Below, piece by piece: positions 29,077-32,000 of a stretch of 32,000 nt of DNA. Position 1 is the stretch's first letter, and each line of letters begins with the position of its first letter. The notes below the pieces were generated by a model that was not told the DNA's origin, searched no databases, and saw only the letters and a list, made by a program, of their open reading frames with translations. Source of the stretch: Methanobacteriaceae archaeon (GTDB lineage: Archaea > Methanobacteriota > Methanobacteria > Methanobacteriales > Methanobacteriaceae); NCBI GenBank assembly GCA_003558085.1, contig PWMT01000127.1, positions 670-32,669 on the forward strand, read 5' to 3'. The translations under genes and the position numbers were made by a program.

Positions 29077-29784
29077 ATGAAACTAGTATCTAATCTTAAA
29101 AAGGCAACTAAAATTCAAATAGGATGTTCAATTGATAATATTTTAGGGGGAGGAATCGAAAAAGGCACTCTAACTCAATTTTACGGCCCTCCTGGATCGG
29201 GAAAAACAAACATAACCCTTAATTTAGCAGTTCAAAGTGCTAAAAATGGTGGAAAAGTTGTATATGTTGATACAGAGGGGGGTATTTCTATTGATAGGAT
29301 AAAACAAATAGCAGGAGATGAATTTGAACATATAGCTCCCCAGATTATGGTTTTTGAGCCTACTTCTTTTTTAGAACAAGATGAGATATTGAAAAAAATA
29401 GATTCGCTGATGAATATGCAGGGTGAAGAATTTGATTTAATAGTTTTAGATTCAGCTGTTGCCTTGTACCGGTTAAAAGAAGAAAATTCCTCAAAAATAA
29501 ACCGTGTTCTGGCAAAACAAATGTCAATACTCTCCCGGATTGCTAGAGAACATGATTTAGCAGTGGTAATCACCAATCAGATATATTCTATTTTTGATCA
29601 AGAAGGAATAGGAATATTAGAGCCAGCTGGAGGTACCATCTTAAAATACTGGAGCAAAGTAATCGTGGAATTGAGTAAAGGGGACATAATAGGAGAAAGG
29701 TGTGCAACCCTTAAAAGGCATAAAAGCAGGGTTGAGGGAATAAAAACTAGATTCCGTATTATAGATAAAGGTTTAGGCAGTTAA
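29077..29784 (+). CDS. radB: DNA repair and recombination protein RadB
   Basis: RecA-fold core only, with no N-terminal HhH domain. Walker A GPPGSGKT, Walker B LIVLDS, VVITNQ. ATG 29077 is preferred over TTG 29065. Confidence 0.9.
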   Translation: MKLVSNLKKATKIQIGCSIDNILGGGIEKGTLTQFYGPPGSGKTNITLNLAVQSAKNGGKVVYVDTEGGISIDRIKQIAGDEFEHIAPQIMVFEPTSFLEQDEILKKIDSLMNMQGEEFDLIVLDSAVALYRLKEENSSKINRVLAKQMSILSRIAREHDLAVVITNQIYSIFDQEGIGILEPAGGTILKYWSKVIVELSKGDIIGERCATLKRHKSRVEGIKTRFRIIDKGLGS

Positions 29785-30055
29785 AATAATCTAGTAAAAA
29801 CCGATTTATAGATTATGATAATATTTTATAGATACTTATAGAATAGACTCTACTTCGATGGATGCTAAATTTTATAAATAAGTGGATTAAATATTTAATA
29901 GATTTTTTAATAATTAAAATATAGTTTTACTTGGAACTAGAATAGTGCTAAATAGTATCAGGTTAACTGGATAAAATAATTTTATTTCATCTAGCTAACT
30001 CTAGTTTTTAATAATAAAATATAGTATGGAAAAATTTTTCAAAAAGATATTTTAG

Positions 30056-31222
30056 ATGCGTGATAGTATGATTTCACCAAAAAAATTTGCTAAAACCACC
30101 AAATCACCACCTAAAGGCTTTAAAACATCAAATGATTTTTTTAATTTTGTTTTTAAAGACAAGAAAATGATTTGGATGGGTCAAAACACTAATCATCTTC
30201 TCCAGGATTCATTAATCACGGATGCTATGGTTGAGTGTGTAAATAGTGGGGAATATTGCAAATATCCTCCGCCAGAAGGATTTCCTGAATTACATGAATT
30301 AATATTAAATGATTTAGGTTTAGAGAATGATTTTGAAATGATGATCACTGCTGGTGGCACGGAATCTTTATATTTGTGTATAAATGAGATTATGAAGGCA
30401 GATATGAATATGGTTACCTGTGATCCGGGATATTTAATTATCGATAATTTTGCCAGTAGATTTGCTAATCAAGTTATATCCGTGCCGATTTACAATGCTG
30501 AATGTAATTATAAATTAACTCCCCATTTAGTTAAAGAGTATATGGATGAGAATACCAAACTCATATCTCTTATAGATCCTTTAAATCCATTAGGATCTTC
30601 TTATACTAAACAAGAAATCAAAGAATTAGCTGAAATAGCCATAGAAAATGATATTTATCTCTTACATGATATAACTTATCGTGATTTTGCCCAGGATCAT
30701 CACTTAGTAGCAAAATATGCTCCGGAACATTCCCTAACCATTTACAGTTTCTCAAAAATTTTTGGTATGGCTGGATTGAGAATTGGTGGAATTATAGCTA
30801 ATCCTCACCTTTTAAATTCTATAAGAAAGGTTCTTATCAATGATTTAGGAACAAACGTTTTATCTCAAAAAGCAGCTATAGCTGCTTTAAAGTCTAAAAG
30901 ACAGTGGATTGATTCTATAAAAACTCAAACCAGAAATAATCAGCATATAATAAAAAAAGCCGTGGATCAAGTTGATGGTGCTTTTTTACCAGTATATCCA
31001 TCTGATGGAAATATGATGGCTATAGACTTGAAAGAAACAGGTATTGATCCGCAAATTATGGCTGACTATCTATTAGAGAGAAAGATCTTTATTCGTCAAG
31101 GCGCCTATACTAGTAAATTATTTGGGGATCGATACATCCGATTAAGCTTTTCTGTACCCCAATATCAAGTAAAAATCTTTGCTGAAAAATTTTTAGAAGC
31201 CTATGAAGCTTTAAAACTTTAA
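30056..31222 (+). CDS. class I/II pyridoxal-phosphate-dependent aminotransferase
   Basis: [15 protein letters not shown] (PLP-lysine motif), PLNPLG, and the YIRLSF C-terminal motif. Confidence 0.85.
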   Translation: MRDSMISPKKFAKTTKSPPKGFKTSNDFFNFVFKDKKMIWMGQNTNHLLQDSLITDAMVECVNSGEYCKYPPPEGFPELHELILNDLGLENDFEMMITAGGTESLYLCINEIMKADMNMVTCDPGYLIIDNFASRFANQVISVPIYNAECNYKLTPHLVKEYMDENTKLISLIDPLNPLGSSYTKQEIKELAEIAIENDIYLLHDITYRDFAQDHHLVAKYAPEHSLTIYSFSKIFGMAGLRIGGIIANPHLLNSIRKVLINDLGTNVLSQKAAIAALKSKRQWIDSIKTQTRNNQHIIKKAVDQVDGAFLPVYPSDGNMMAIDLKETGIDPQIMADYLLERKIFIRQGAYTSKLFGDRYIRLSFSVPQYQVKIFAEKFLEAYEALKL

Positions 31223-31371
31223 ATTTTTCTTTTTTTTAAAGATAACTTTTATTTTATTTATTTACATGATTATAAAAATTCATAGTTGTTAATTAATAGA
31301 GCTATCCTGCAAGTTACTTTGAAAAACCTTCCTAAATTCCATTAAATACATAATCAGTGTATTAAAATTTA

Positions 31372-32000
31372 TTAATCTTGCAGATAGTAATATTCGCCTA
31401 TTTCTTTTTGTTTACGATCTAGGAAACTATTTAACTTGTTAACCCTGGGCCTTTTAGTTTCCTTATCTCTACGGAAGGTTATTCCCACGTCTTTAAGGAA
31501 GCGGTTCATGGAATATCTAAGTTCACTTGGTTTTGTAGCGTGGCCTTCTAAACCAGATTTCCCGTAAAAAACCATGGCCCGGTCTGATATATAGTCTATG
31601 AATACTATATCGTGATCTATAATAATTGAAGCAGCATTTCTACTTTCTATAATTTTTTTAATGGACCTAGCAGTGATTAATCGTTGTTCTACATCTAAAA
31701 AAGCAGTTGGTTCATCGAAAAGATAAATTTCCGCTGGATTGGATAGGGTTGTTGCTACTGCTAATCGTTGTAATTCACCACCACTTAAGTCTGTAACCTT
31801 TTTTTCTAAAATTTCTTCCAGGAAAAAAGGACGCATTATTTCACTTTTGAAAATATTGGTACCATAGTTAGGGGCGTGGGTATATAAAAATTCTTCTACA
31901 CTACCCTCAAATTCAGAGGCTAAGTATTGGGGTTTATAAGAAATAGCAACTTTTTTCTTTATTTTACCTGAGTCTGGTTTGATTACATCAGCTAACATTT
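31372..32000 (-). CDS. ABCE1 / RNase L inhibitor-type ribosome-recycling ATPase, C-terminal part (gene continues beyond the right edge)
   Basis: Second NBD: [34 protein letters not shown]. Characteristic tail [23 protein letters not shown]. Confidence 0.85.
   Translation of the reverse strand, partial: MLADVIKPDSGKIKKKVAISYKPQYLASEFEGSVEEFLYTHAPNYGTNIFKSEIMRPFFLEEILEKKVTDLSGGELQRLAVATTLSNPAEIYLFDEPTAFLDVEQRLITARSIKKIIESRNAASIIIDHDIVFIDYISDRAMVFYGKSGLEGHATKPSELRYSMNRFLKDVGITFRRDKETKRPRVNKLNSFLDRKQKEIGEYYYLQD

Noticed and set aside
2047-29576. Antisense or shadow ORFs in the track: 2047..2247, 4726..4923, 6724..6906, 7444..7818, 7937..8191, 8525..8734, 9439..9804, 11945..12271, 17123..17362, 18293..18478, 19552..19815, 19823..20011, 21429..21638, 23277..23474, 24339..24548, 25010..25201, 25715..25975, 26143..26448, 27971..28177, 29232..29576
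   Set aside because: Each lies entirely inside, or almost entirely overlaps, a well-supported gene on the opposite strand or in another frame. Their translations are low-complexity (S/I/F/K-rich) with no recognisable motifs and no SD sequences.
29785-30055. Recurrent TTATAGA / AAATATAG words in the radB-aminotransferase spacer, considered as a repeat element
   Set aside because: The words are short (7-9 nt), AT-only and irregularly spaced, which is consistent with low-complexity promoter DNA rather than a defined repeat family.
1-32000. CRISPR arrays, tRNA/rRNA genes and C/D-box sRNAs in intergenic spacers
   Set aside because: No regularly spaced repeats were seen. No GC-rich cloverleaf-capable segments occur in any spacer. 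The only near C-box (TGATGT at about 10890) lacks a matching D box and terminal stem.

Overview
Visibly AT-rich archaeal chromosome segment, almost certainly from a pseudomurein-containing methanogen of the order Methanobacteriales. Supporting genes: comA, a COG1900-ferredoxin methanogen-marker protein, an FwdE-family protein, archaetidylinositol-phosphate synthase, a MurT-like Mur ligase, the archaeal secE-spt5-L11-L1-P0-P1 cluster, FtsZ, RadB and ABCE1. Gene density is high, stops are TAA/TAG/TGA, and Shine-Dalgarno sites of the GGTGAT type sit about 3 nt before start codons. Most of the window is conserved housekeeping content: translation, division, tRNA modification, coenzyme M, lipid and gluconeogenesis genes. 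I found no rRNA, tRNA, CRISPR array, transposase or integrase. I found no clear-cut novel system. The observations most worth a second look are: (1) an in-frame TGA at a conserved Gly codon of the otherwise intact fructose-1,6-bisphosphate aldolase/phosphatase gene; (2) an uncharacterised module (orphan ABC ATPase, HypB/UreG-like G3E NTPase, RnfB-type Fe-S protein, CofE-fold paralog) whose first gene is translationally coupled to comA; (3) a Fec/Btu-type ABC importer operon with a family-2 O-methyltransferase wedged between binding protein and permease, next to an FwdE-like zinc-ribbon protein; (4) the binding protein of that operon, whose signal anchor and first conserved strand lie upstream of any canonical start codon, with a strong SD positioned in front of an ATA; (5) a sequence matching the L1 autoregulatory mRNA operator known from Methanococcus, inside the 5' end of the L1 gene. 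Smaller items are a 350-nt intergenic region with an extra promoter-like element, short repeated motifs in two promoter regions, a Rae1/YacP-like NYN protein and a 17-Glu microsatellite in P1.
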